Below are positions 1-12,400 of a stretch of 64,000 nt of DNA, piece after piece. The translations under genes and the position numbers were made by a program. The DNA comes from Macrostomum hystrix. Its lineage: Eukaryota > Animalia > Platyhelminthes. The DNA is taken from positions 3,286,001 through 3,350,000 of the forward strand of contig CATNEN010000024.1 in NCBI GenBank assembly GCA_950097015.1, written 5' to 3'. The notes under the pieces are model-generated. The model did not search any database, was not told where the DNA came from, and worked only from the letters and a program-made list of their open reading frames with translations. Position 1 is the stretch's first letter. Every line of letters starts with the position of its first letter.

Positions 1-520
1 GCAATGTCCATCAGTAGGATTGGCAGGCTCTGGGTTCCTGCATAACAATTCGTCGATTAGACTTAATGTGAAAAAATGTAATGGCTTGTATTTAGTTTGG
101 ATAACGATCTATACCTGAAGAAAGGATATGAGCTCTATTTTTAGACTTGCTTTCGATTTTTGCACTTTTAGTTGATCAATTAGTAATTAGCATTGTTTTC
201 ATGACTTTCACAGTTTATTGGGGTGCGCTACAGTACTGAGTTGCATTAAGCACACAAAAAATAATTTCTTTAAGCCTTATGCTCGTATCTATTTTTAAAG
301 CGATAGACGTACCACATTTAACATATCAGTTCGGCCTATAGGAATATGAGACTACTCATGTGGTAGGGAAATCATAGACTTGCACAGTTTCATCAATAAG
401 CATGTAGGTCAGTTTTAACTATGCATTAGCGACTCTGGCTGTGCCATTTACCTTCAATTCTACTCTGAGATCCGGATGTATAGCAAAGTAGAAGTCGAGG
501 CGGAAGCGGGGAGATTTTCC
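1..520 (-). CDS. Possible exons of a minus-strand gene running off the left edge
   Basis: Candidate donor GAAG|GTAAAT near 452 (minus strand) after ...SGSQSRIE. Candidate acceptor ATGCAG|GA at 38/37 continues phase-compatibly (GTQSLPILLMDIA). No family recognised. Confidence 0.2.
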
Positions 521-596
521 GAGTTGTAATTTTTGTTTGGAAAAACTGAAAGGAGCGTACAAAATTCTGAATTACTGGGTATGAGTGGCAGATCGG

Positions 597-670
597 TTTG
601 AGAAGGCTTGGCGGCTTGTCGTGCAATTTACGCCCTTGAGGGCCAACCTCCAAGGCACAGTGAGAGTGCA
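597..670 (+). mobile_element. SINE family A, internal fragment
   Basis: GAGAAGGCTTGGCGGCTTGTCGTGCAATTTACGCCC...GGCCAACCTCCAAGGCACAGTGAGAGTG matches the body of the copies at 25211-25517, 39403-39596 and 46313-46790. Confidence 0.75.
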
Positions 671-884
671 AGGACGAATGAAGTGTCGTTTATAGACCCA
701 TATACGAGTGCCATACTCGTATCCATATGACCCACATATTTTAAGAATTTTCTGTTTCTTTGCTGTTACTTTCATATGTTGTTTTCTGCATTTTACTGCA
801 GAAAAAGGCAAACAAAAGTTAGACTACAATTGATTACACCTGCCCCAATCGGGTCATATGTGATGCCGCAGCACAGCCGCAGCT

Positions 885-1115
885 ATTGCGCGGCGCATCT
901 GTAGGCTGCGTACAGCTGTTCAGTCCATGGACTGGGGGACGCCGCACCCACTAATTCAATTATCCCAGCTAATGCTGGTACCATTTAACAGCTGGGTGAA
1001 CTGAAGCAATGCAGAGTCAAGTGTCTTGCTAAATGGCACAAATTGTTCCAGTGGAGTCGGGAATCGAACCTCCGACCTTTAAGTCGTGAGTCCGAAGCCC
1101 TAACCACTACAACCT
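885..1115 (-). mobile_element. SINE family B (tRNA head plus CORE-like domain)
   Basis: The minus strand reads GGTTGTAGTGGTTAGGGCTTCGGACTC...GGAGGTTCGATTCCCGACTCC (pol III A and B boxes). It continues GTGCCATTTAGCAAGACACTTGAC...CACCCAGCTGTTAAATGG, which resembles the CORE motif. Related pieces lie at 39660-39725 and 46800-46945. Confidence 0.7.
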
Positions 1116-1298
1116 CTTGAATTTTTCGTGCAGCAGCAGTGATCCCTTAATTTTTCTTACGAGTTATTTCTAACATGTTTGCCCGCTGACGTTTCCCGCC
1201 AGCATTTCTGTGGATATTTCACCACCGCGATTTTTGCTGAGGTAGAAGGTTTGTAGACCACTGCACTATTTGATTCATTGAAAAGCTAAGTAAGGACC

Positions 1299-1921
1299 CA
1301 GGGACTACTATATACTCGTACTCAGGACGGGAAACGGCCAATTCATGCTTAAAAGTTTATGAGCCCGATTTTCAAAGTTTTCTGCTCGTCTCAACTTTGA
1401 TCGTGGCAAGTCAGTTCTTCACTATTTGCACAAAAGTTATCTCCTATACTATAACTTGCCGTTGTCAGCATTTTTTCTAACCACCTGACGAAAAGATATG
1501 AAGACAGAAGGCAGAAGGCACGAACTGGCAGAAGACAGTTAGTTAATTTTCCAAATTCTGATAACTCTAGAAATGTAAATTCAAGCGTTTTATTATAAAG
1601 TTATATCGCGGTTTGTAGTAAATATAATGTATACTGCGCATGTCACGCAACACAAACAAAGTCAAACTAGGAATTGTAGGCTTTGAAAATTGCAGAAGGT
1701 CATTCAACAAAGTGTACAACAAAAGAAACTAACAATAAGGATTGAATACAGACAACGAACAATGCAGGGAATCAATTTTAAAGATTATAACATAAAACTA
1801 TCAAAAAAGCTAGACTCCCACGAGTAAAATTCTGGTCAGCAGAAAACTTTGAAAATCGGACTCATAAGCTTTTCTGCATGAATTGGCCGTTTCCCGTCCC
1901 GAGTATTTATAGTAGTCCCTG
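1299..1921. mobile_element. Non-autonomous DNA transposon (MITE), about 85-bp TIRs, 9-bp TSD
   Basis: 1299-1386 (CAGGGACTACTA...GGGAAACGGCCAATTCATGC...TTTTCAAAGTTTTCTGCT) is the reverse complement, with few mismatches, of 1838-1921. GTAAGGACC flanks both ends (1290-1298 and 1922-1930). No internal ORF. Confidence 0.85.
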
Positions 1922-3816
1922 GTAAGGACCTTACAGCTAGAAAACAGAACAGCCACGTGACGTGATGCGGGTCGAGACAGGCCCACAGCCTGTTCAGGAC
2001 GTTAGTGGAGGCTAGCAAGGATATTTCAAATTAGGGACAACTAAGTAAACTTTGAATTGAGAAACCACATAACTCGTCGAGTCAGGTCTGTGTGAGAGTC
2101 CGTCTAGCTGAAAAAAATCATTGTAAAGTCGCTGACAAAAATCAAATCATTAGGTCCCTATTTTTTCGTTCGTTTCATTATCGTCTTTCGTTTGGTTTAT
2201 ATTTTCACAATTTGGATATTATGCGTTGGGATTACGAATATGACAAAAAACTTCGAAATGAGCGCCAATTTAAAACCGGACCATCCTGTGAGTTCGTAGA
2301 AAGTCTTCTACTCAAAATATAGACATTTGATCTCGGAAATATGAAACTTCTTAAGATCTATAAAAACTGAATAAGATCTATATGAGCATGGCTTAATAAA
2401 TAAAGATAGTTAAAAGTATAAATAGCCTAGCCAGATGAACTCTATTTTGTCAGCAATTGTGTGGCATTTCTGAAAATAGGCTAGGCCTATGGGCACCCTA
2501 GGAACAAAGTTAATTATACTAAGAACTGTTCAGTTTATAGACTATAGGCTAGCTTCTACACACACCCAAATTTCTAAGCCTTATTAAACAACCATATTGA
2601 TAATAGTACACTTTGAAGCTAAATTAACCAGAATGAAAATAAGGCTTTAGAGTTTAGCCTAGGCCTATCAAACCAGTTTTAAAAAGTAATAAAGATTCAA
2701 GATGTAAATTTAAGATTAAAAAAATCAAATTAATTGGTTAATTATAGCCAATAATTGGTAATTGTTAGTTGTCTCTAGCAAAGATACAAACTTTTGCATT
2801 TAGTTATTTCCATTTCTATACACAGGCTTTTTAAAAAGTGTTAACATTGTAGATATTTCTTTATACTTTCACTAGGGCCTAACATCAATTCACCACTACT
2901 TTTATACCCATTCCTCCTATGCTATGGTTGTATAGAGCTATGTTTTTTATTTCTAATATGAAGTTATGTTTAAAATATTTAGCTAGTACCTAGTAGTAGA
3001 CTTACTAGTTAGGAAACTAAAATTGTATAAACAAGATGAATCTATAAAAGCTCACAGAATGTTCCATATAATATTTTAACAGCATTTGATTTAGTATATT
3101 TCAAGGTTCTATTTTTTGGTCTGTTATCTTAATGCAAGCAATTTTTTGAATCTCTAGATTTATTACTGAAATAGCTCAAAATTTATTACTCAAGCTTACC
3201 ATGACATAAATAAATTTTGGCCTTAAAAATAGTGTCATTAGGCCTAATATTTAATAGTAATTAACATTACTATTTTAAATGATTTTATTAAAGCTAAAAT
3301 TTTCTACTTTTTCTAATTAGGCCTAATCACATATTTTTTAAGAATTCTAGTCAGGTGGCAAAAACGACTAATATATAGGTATAATTTTCTTGGCCACAAA
3401 ACTTTATCCTTTGACCATGCCAGCTATTGTTTTTATCTTATTGTATTTATTATGTTAGTATTTTTATCTTTTTGAACTAAATAGATACGTTATAAAGTTT
3501 AATACAGAGCAATGTTACTTGCCATTCTCACCAGGGTGTTTGACAAGAACCTTGTTCAAATATCTTGATACTCCTAATTGCTGACAATAGAATGCTTTCA
3601 AAGTTAGTTCATTGTAAATGGCAGAAAAGTTAGATTCATATAGTAGACTTTCATGAAAATTGGTCATTCAGTTTGAGAGATATCAATAAGTAGGCAGTGG
3701 GTATTTGAAATACCCCAGGCATGCCACATGCTATGGATTTCATTTTCTCCAAAGCAAACTTTTGGAGTAGATCTCTCTCTTAATACCTGAATCTAAATAA
3801 ACTCTTCAGCTGGGCG

Positions 3817-6800
3817 ATGACTGCAAATCTAGCCGACGATGACGACAAGGAGCTATACATTGACGACTCTGGCTGCACTGGCGCCTTTTATAATCCTCGC
3901 GCTACACTCAGCATGGAGCAGCAGAGACAGGCCCTGCCAGTCTATCGGGTGCGCAATCACCTGCTGCACCTGTTGGAGGTGAAGCAAACTCTGGTGCTGG
4001 TTGGCGAAGCTGGCTCCGGTAAAAGTACTCAGGTGAGAATGATGCCGAACCAATGACCCACTGGGTTAGATAATGTTCAGCACTGTTTTTTCTGTTTAAT
4101 TATTCTGCCTGATAATGTACGATATTTATTTTTGCCTACCTGGGCAGGTGCCGCAGTATCTGGTTGAGGCCGGCTGGACCTCGGATGGCCGTCAGGTGTG
4201 CGTAACGCAGCCACGCCGCGTATCCGCTGTCACCCTGGCCGCCAGAATCTGCGAAGAGGCCGGCTGGCAGCTTGGCGGCATCTGCGGCTACGCCGTTCGC
4301 TTTGCCGACTGTCGGAGCGACGCCACCCGGGTGCTGTTTGCCACCGACGGTGTGCTGGTGCGACTGCTGGCCAGGGACCCTCTGCTGCAGGACTTCTGCG
4401 TTGTCATGGTAATGAGACTATAAATTTAATGATCATGTTTTTTAAGTTTCTTGGAATTAGCAATTTGAGGTAATCCTTCAACCGCCACCAGGTTGACGAG
4501 GCGCACGAGCGCACCTTCCACACAGACTTAGCTCTCTGTCTGCTGCGAAAAGTTCAACGCCGCCGACCCGACCTTCGCGTGATTGTCTCCTCCGCCACTA
4601 TCGACGCCGACGCTTATCTGGAATTCTTCGGTGACTCAGCCGCCTGCCTGTCAGTGGAGGGTCGCCAGTACCCTGTTGAAATTCAGCACTCTCTCAGTCC
4701 TGTGCCCTGCTACATGGCAGCTGCGTTGGACACTGTGCTGTCCATTCACCGGCGCTGCGGTCCAGGCGGTGTACTGGTGTTTCTCACCGGCCAGGAGGAG
4801 GTGCTTCGTCTGGTGCAACAGCTGCGGGAGGCCGCTATGAAGGTGCGGCACTGCGGATATGCTAATAAATGGGGAAAACCCACAGGTTGGGGCTGGAAAC
4901 TGATACGTACGAAGGTCAACCCAGGTGTGTACAAGGCTTCCCAAGCCTTCTGTCAGCGGATGCGTCATAGATGAATATGGCTTCGCGCGGAATCGAGCTC
5001 AGGGACATTGGAGCGAGAGGCAGATGCGTTAGACCGCTCTGCCACTAATGGATTCCCCGCGGGTTTCAGTGCGTGGACTGGTTTAAGGGCTTACTTTGAA
5101 AGGTATGTAACAACCAATAATAGCGTTAGTTATTTTTTTAATTTTTTAACCTCGCCCTCAGAGCACCCAAGGCCAGCAGCTGAAGGTGTTTGCCCTGTAT
5201 GGCAGCCAGAGCGCTCGTCAGCAGCTGCGCGCCTTCGAAAATGTCGGCCAGTCCAATCGCAAAGTGGTGGTTGCCACCAATCTGGCCGAGACGTCTGTCA
5301 CAGTGCCCGGCATTCGCTACGTTGTTGACTGCGGCTTCCAGAAGTTGCGCGTGTTCGATCCTCGGACCGGCCTAGAATCCCTGGCCGTCTGTCCGGTATC
5401 TGCCTCAGCCGCCGAGCAACGCGCCGGCCGGGCGGGCCGGACCCAGTCTGGCGTCGTCTACCGTCTCTACCCCGAGTCCGAGTCGGCCCGTCAGTTGGCG
5501 CACACTCCTGCTGAACTGGAGCGCTGCGATCCCAGCCCGCTGCTACTGCAGCTTCTGTCCATGGGTGTCCGCGATCTGCTCAGGTTTTCTTTTCTAAGCT
5601 CGCCGGCGCCAGCCGCTATGGCGCGCGCATGCGAGCTGTTGCACGCGCTCGGCGCGCTTGACAACGCAGCTAGGCTGACTCCGCTTGGCGCTCGCATGGC
5701 GGAGCTGCCGGTGCCGCCGATGCTGGCTCGCAGCCTGCTGGCTGGAGCCGAACTTGGCTGCGGCGCCGATATCTGCGCTCTGGGTGCCTGCCTTCAGGTA
5801 GGCGTCCAGTCTCATTACATTGTCTTAGGTCGTTAACAAGCATGACCTGGTCTATGCTAAGAAGCATGACCTGGTCTTTGCTAAGAAGCATGACCTGGTC
5901 TTTGTTAAGAAGCATGACCTGGTCTTTGCTAAGAAGCATGACCTGGTCTTTGTTAAGAAGCATGACCTGGTCTTTGCTAAGAAGCATGACCTGGTCTTTG
6001 TTAAGAAGCATGACCTGGTCTTTGGTTGCTGAGCAGCATGACCTGGTGAGGTGAATGATTGGATACTGTGACCTGGTGAGGTGAATGATTGGATACTGTG
6101 ACCTGGTGAGGTGAATGATTGGATACTGTGACCTGGTGAGGTGAATGATTGGATACTGTGACCTGGTGAGGTGAATGATTGGATACTGTGACCTGGTGAG
6201 GTGAATGATTGGATACTGTGACCTGGTGAGGTGAATGATTGGATACTGTGACCTGGTGAGGTGAATGATTGGATACTGTGACCTGGTGAGGTGAATGATT
6301 GGATACTGTGACCTGGTGAGGTGAATGATTGGATACTATGACCTGGTGAGGTGAATGATTGGATACTGTGACCTGGTGAGGTGAATGATTGGATACTGTG
6401 ACCTGGTGAGGTGAATGATTGGATACTGTGACCTGGTGAGGTGAATGATTGGATACTGTGACCTGGTGAGGTGAATGATTGGATACTGTGACCTGGTGAG
6501 GTGAATGATTGGATACTGTGACCTGGTGAGGTGAATGATTGGATACTGTGACCTGGTGAGGTGAATGATTGGATACTGTGACCTGGTGAGGTAAATGATT
6601 GGATACTGTGACCTGGTGAGGTGAATGATTGGATACTGTGACCTGGTGAGGTGAATGATTGGATACTGTGACCTGGTGAGGTAAATGATTGGATACTGTG
6701 ACCTGGTGAGGTGAATGATTGGATACTGTGACCTGGTGAGGTAAATGATTGGATACTGAGACCTGGTGAGGTGAATGATTGGATACTGTGACCTGGTGAG

Positions 6801-7819
6801 GTAAATGATTGGATACTGTGACCTGGTGAGGTAAATGATTGGATACTGTGACCTGGTGAGGTAAATGATTGGATACTGTGACCTGGTGAGGTGAATGATT
6901 GGATACTGTGACCTGGTGAGGTAAATGATTGGATACTGTGACCTGGTGAGGTAAATAATTGGATACTGTGACCTGGTGAGGTAAATGATTGGATACTGTG
7001 ACCTGGTGAGGTAAATGATTGGATACTGTGACCTGGTGAGGTAAATGATTGGATACTGTGAACTGGTGAGGTGAATGATTGGATACTGGGACCTGGTGAG
7101 GTGAATGATTGGATACTGTGACCTGGTGAGGTGAATGATTGGATACTGTGAACTGGTGAGGTGAATGATTGGATACTGTGACCTGGTGAGGTGAATGATT
7201 GGATACTGTGACCTGGTGAGGTGAATGATTAAGAGCACTCAAAACCCCCATTCTCAAGGTGCGCGCCCTGTTCATTGTGCCCCAGCATCGCCGAAAAGCG
7301 GCCAAACGAGCCAAGCGCACCTTCGCCTGCCAGGAGGGCGATCACCTGACAATGCTGAACGCTCTGCGCGCCTTTGAGTCCAAGGCAGCCTCCACTCAGC
7401 AGCATCAGCTGGCCCAGTGGTGCGCCAAGCATTTCCTCAGCCAGCGGGCTCTGTCGCGCGCCTCGGAACTGCGCAGGCGCATTCAATACTCACTCGGCCT
7501 GCCGGATGCTAAACCATCGGCCGACTATGCCAAGATTATCCGCGCCCTGGCTGCTGGCTATTTCTCTCAGGCTGCCCGCCTATTGCCTAACGGTGAGCAC
7601 TATCAGAGCCTGCGGGGCGGACACCCGCTTCACCTGCATCCGGGATCCGTGCTGCACTCCGAGCACTGGCCCCGCTGCGTGGTGTTTACGGATCTGGAGA
7701 GCGCCGGGGATCGATTCCTAATGGAGGCCGTCTGCGCTGTGGAGCCCAGCTTGCTAGTAGAATTGGCGCCGCACTATTATGCATACGGCACTGAGACTGA
7801 GCGACTGGCTGCTGCATAA
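3817..7819 (+). CDS. DHX35: DEAH-box RNA helicase DHX35-like, 5 exons, 674 aa
   Basis: join(3817..4032,4148..4408,4492..4842,5162..5797,7259..7819). All introns are GT-AG and the total of 2025 nt is in frame. Motifs GEAGSGKST, DEAH, SAT, FLTGQEE, TNLAETSVT and QRAGRAGR are present, plus EGDHLTMLN and LHLHPGSVL...ELAPHYY in the HA2/OB region typical of DHX35. Confidence 0.92.
4985..5046 (-). mobile_element. SINE family A, tRNA-like head fragment in DHX35 intron 3
   Basis: GCGGAATCGAGCTCAGGGACATTGGAGCGAGAGGCAGATGCGTTAGACCGCTCTGCCAC matches the head of the other family A copies. Confidence 0.85.
5838..6022. repeat. 24-bp minisatellite in DHX35 intron 4
   Basis: Unit CATGACCTGGTCTTTGCTAAGAAG, about 7-8 copies. 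Confidence 0.95.
6036..7230. repeat. 30-bp minisatellite in DHX35 intron 4
   Basis: Unit GACCTGGTGAGGTGAATGATTGGATACTGT, about 40 near-identical copies. Confidence 0.98.
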
Positions 7820-7844
7820 TACCTTCTCTGACCTTTGCCTGCCC

Positions 7845-8995
7845 TCCGATCCTTCAGGGGTTCAGGCCTTTCATTACCCACCTAACCTTCAGGGATTCTG
7901 GCCTTCCATTACCCACCTAACCTTCACGGTTCAGGCCTTCCATTACCCACCTAACCTTCAGGCATTCAGACCTTCCATTACCCACCTAACCTTCAGGCAT
8001 TCAGACCTTCAATTACCCACCTAACCTTCAGGGATTCTGGCCTTCAATTACCCACCTAACCTTCAGGGATTCTGGCCTTCCTTTACCCACCTAACCTTCA
8101 GGCATTCAGACCTTCCATTACCCACCTAACCTTCAGGCATTCAGACCTTCCATTACCCACCTAACCTTCAGGCATTCAGACCTTCCATTACCCACCTAAC
8201 CTTCAGGCATTCAGACCTTCCATTACCCACCTAACCTTCAGGGATTCAGGCCTTCCATTACCCACCTAACCTTCAGGGATTCTGGCCTTCCATTACCCAC
8301 CTAACCTTCAGGCATTCAGGCCTTCCATTACCCACCTAACCTTCAGGCATTCAGACCTTCCATTACCCACCTAACCTTCAGGCATTCAGACCTTCCATTA
8401 CCCACCTAACCTTCAGGGATTCAGACCTTCCATTACCCACCTAACCTTCAGGGATTCTGGCCTTCCATTACCCACCTAACCTTCACGGTTCAGGCCTTCC
8501 ATTACCCACCTAACCTTCAGGCATTCAGACCTTCCATTACCCACCTAACCTTCAGGCATTCAGACCTTCCATTACCCACCTAACCTTCAGGCATTCAGAC
8601 CTTCCATTACCCACCTAACCTTCAGGCATTCAGACCTTCCATTACCCACCTAACCTTCAGGCATTCAGACCTTCCATTACCCACCTAACCTTCAGGGATT
8701 CTGGCCTTCCATTACCCACCTAACCTTCACGGTTCAGGCCTTCCATTACCCACCTAACCTTCAGGGATTCAGGCCTTCCATTACCCACCTAACCTTCAGG
8801 GATTCTGGCCTTCCATTACCCACCTAACCTTCAGGGATTCAGACCTTCCAGTACCCACCTAACCTTCAGGGATTCTGGCCTTCCATTACCCACCTAACCT
8901 TCACGGTTCAGGCCTTCCAGTACCCACCTAACCTTCAGGGATTCTGGCCTTCCATTACCCACCTAACCTTCGGGGATTCTGGCCTTCCTTTACCA
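7845..8995. repeat. 35-bp minisatellite starting just after the DHX35 stop codon
   Basis: Unit CTTCCATTACCCACCTAACCTTCAGG(G/C)ATTC(T/A)G(G/A)C, about 32 copies. Confidence 0.97.
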
Positions 8996-9410
8996 ACTCA
9001 GATTTTTCGAGTATTTAACTTGTACCTAGGTTATATTGCTCGCATTTAACATATTCGTGTATATTCCAATAAAAGTCTTTTTCTATGATTGTGTTTGTGT
9101 GTGTTCAGCACTGAAAATAAAAAGATGCTTGGAATTCAAATCAAAAGTTCAGGCAATTATATTGTATTATCAAAATAAGCAATAAATGCATTGTCGCTTA
9201 TCTTTTCATTCAGTTATTTTACGAACGGAATGCAAGACTAGCTTTAGAAGACAGGCCGAGCAAGTATTCGATGGAAATCAAACTAACAAACGATGAAATG
9301 CTAGGTTTGACTGTGACGAAACAGTCCAGAAGCACTATGACGACATTGGGAATGGGACTGTAATGAATAAGCATGTCTGAGTCTCAGAATCCTCAAATCT
9401 GGTTCCGCAG

Positions 9411-12400
9411 ACAGAGGAACAGTTGCTCGATGCTGACTTGCCATCGTCGCCACCGCAGATTCGTCTGCTGTGCGTCGGCGGCGAGCTGACGGTGGATCGC
9501 GACGATCTGGTGCGCTCTGGTGGCGCCTACTTCGCCGCTATGCTGGAACGCAGCCGAATGTCTGAGTCCTTGACTGGCATAGTCAGGCTGCCGGACCTTC
9601 AGCGAGATCAGCTGGCTGAATTCCTGCGCGCCGCCCTCACCGACAACTACAACCAGTCGGCCGGGCAGCCGGGCGCGCTCTGGCAGCTGCTGAGGCTGGC
9701 CATGCGATTTCAAGCCGACCGCGTGCTTTCTGGCTGCTGCCAGCTGCTCGCTGACTGCGCCTGCGGTTGTGACGACGGCACACTGGCTGATGAATCAGCA
9801 GACGACGTCGCCAAGCTGTCGATGCCGCTCGCCTGCGGCTTAGCGCGTCTAGCTAGCTGTCGCGTGGCCGGCGCCCTTGTCGCCCTTCGTCGCATCTTGC
9901 GCCGCCTGTCTGGCGCTAATCTGGCGCTACTGGCTGCCAGCCCGGCCTGGCTTCGCTGCCGCCGACGGGGCCTGCACGTCGACGTTCTTAGACGAGCCGG
10001 CGTCGATTGGCCAGCCGATTGGTTGGCCGCCGGGACAGCGTGGTCTAACCGGCATCTAGACCCGGACACCTACTCTAGCGGAGTGGGGTGGGTGGATTGA
10101 AATTAGACGAGTGATGAGGTGGTGTGTGTTTTTATTAGAATAGTTAGGTGGGTGTCTTTTTGTGCAGTGAGGTGGGTGTGTTTTAACGGAGTGAGGTGTG
10201 TGTCTTTGAGTTAGAGGAGTTGTGTGGGTGCTTCTTAATAATCAGTCTGAGTCTCGAAATCGCCATTTTCGCTCATCGCCTAATTTGATCCAGGCTCGTG
10301 GACAAATCCGTTTCCGCTGCTGAGTCGCCTCAACGTATTTTATTCCTTGCTGACTGTCTTCGCCCAGCTGAGCGTTCTGCTTCGCCAGTTGACCCAGTCG
10401 GCTCTTCGCCGATCTTTGAGCGTCGCCTGCTGGCCAGCCGGAAGTCGCCGCTGATTCTGCTGGCGGGTCACTCTAGAACACCGCGCAACACCGCCGGTTC
10501 GGGTCTAGTTGAAGTTGGCCGGCTGATGCCGCTGCGCTCGCCAGATCGGTCCGTGTCTTCACCGTGTCACGTGCTGGAGTCGCGCGATCTGCAAGAGCTG
10601 CATGGATTCTGCCTGCTGTCGCTAGGCGATAGTTGGCTAATTGTCGGTGGAGAGAACGCATACGGCAGGGGCATGTGGGTTCGAGAGGTGCGCGAGTTCT
10701 CACCATTGACCCCCGGTCAGCCGGCGGAAGCTGGGCGCCTGGTGGCGCAGCTCCCTTATCCGGTGCGCGATCACTGCGTCTGCACTGACGGCCTGCGACT
10801 TTTCATTGCGGGCGGCGCAACAACTTATCGAAAATTGTCTAACCGGGTTTGCTATTTGGATCTGAAAACTGGTGAGCGCTAGTGGTTTTTTATTTATTGA
10901 ACCATTGCCTGCTGAAGTGAGGTGAGCGTCATGGGTTAGACATATTTGTGGAGTGAGGTGGGTGTCACTGGCCAGGATTGGCGGAGTGAGGTGGGTGTCA
11001 CTATGTACAAGGATTGGCGGAGTGAGGTGGGTTGTTGCGAAGCAGAAAGCTAGTATTTGCAGCAGATTGCGTCATCAAATCACATTGCGGCAGGCTCCTG
11101 GAGCGAGTTGCCTTCCCTTCCTAGTCGCCTGTACGGGCTTCGATGCGCCTCAGTTAACGACCTGCTGATTGTGTACCACGGCCGCACGCCGCACATTGTC
11201 TTCTGCTGGGATCTTCGCGGCCCGCCTGGTCAGGTGTGGACCCAGCTATCGGCCATCGATCTGCTTTCATTTCTGTACTTTAACCGCAAATCAACCGGCG
11301 AGAAGACTCTGCTTATAGACTTCCTACAGGTAATAATAATAATAATTGCACGAGGGCTGTGGGCAATGGCACCTCATTTGGTGACACTAGACCCGCAGCC
11401 AGCGAGGAAGCAATTCTTCCCATTTCGCTGACTCCTGAGCACACACGCACACAGATACCGTACGCAGGCACACACTCACACAGGTGTGTACATCTGCCCT
11501 GACTTTCTTATCGTCAGACAGTGTACTGTGCCTTGGAGGTTGGCCCTCAAAGGCGTAAACTGCACGATAAGCCCCCAAATGAATGTTGCATCGCCGCGGA
11601 ATCGAGCTCAGGGACCTTGGTGCGAGAGGCAAACGTTAGACCGCTCTACCACCGACTCTTGACTTCCTTGTAGTAAAGTCAAGGCCGCGATATTTGCAAG
11701 CTGAATGAAATAATAACTCGGCCCAGTCAGAGGCTTTAGCATCGATATTTATTGTATTGAAGTTCAGAGTGCGTGAGCTGTTATTACGTAATATTGGAGG
11801 GCCACAGTGTACATTATTTTGGGGCTCAGGTTTGAACGGCACATTGGAGAGAGTAAGAGAATGAGCGTGTGTAGGTCAGTGCATATGGTGCATAAACACT
11901 GTTCTACATTCCTACAGGTGAATACCTTCTCATTTGTCTCCTGCGGCGGCCACATGCTGTTCGCATTCGCCAATGCAGTTCGCGGCCCCTCGCGCTACCC
12001 GGTTGCCATGGTGATGCACTTTGGCGATTTTCGCACCCTTCTCCGCTGCTTCCTGGAGCACCGGGCCTCACTTGATCCCGGTGGAGATCCGCTGGCCCCC
12101 TTCGCCAGGTGGGTCCATCTGCACTACTGCTATAAGTATGCTAGATCTGTGTTCTACCGATTTTCTGATTATTCCTATCCATCTCTTCCTCAACAATCTC
12201 AGATTCACGGGCAGTCGAGAGTTCGTAGTCAACGAACTGATAGTTCGCCTGGCCTCTGACGACATCACCGCCGCCGGCCGACCTGACGTTGCCGCAATGG
12301 CAACGGACAATCGGGACTCAGTCTGGCTGATTGAGTCAGCGCTGGACACCTTGTGCATTGTCCAGTACCACATGGCGGCCACTAGGCCAGAAGTTCTGCG

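Noticed and set aside
1045-1115. tRNA gene
   Set aside because: It has A and B boxes but no complete acceptor stem and runs into a SINE body. The family A heads were likewise treated as SINEs.
6001-7320. 439-aa and 300-aa minus-strand ORFs
   Set aside because: They are translations of the 30-bp intronic minisatellite, antisense to DHX35.
5836-8995. Regularly spaced repeats as a possible CRISPR array
   Set aside because: The units are contiguous with no unique spacers, there are no cas genes, and the context is eukaryotic. The same applies to every array in the window.
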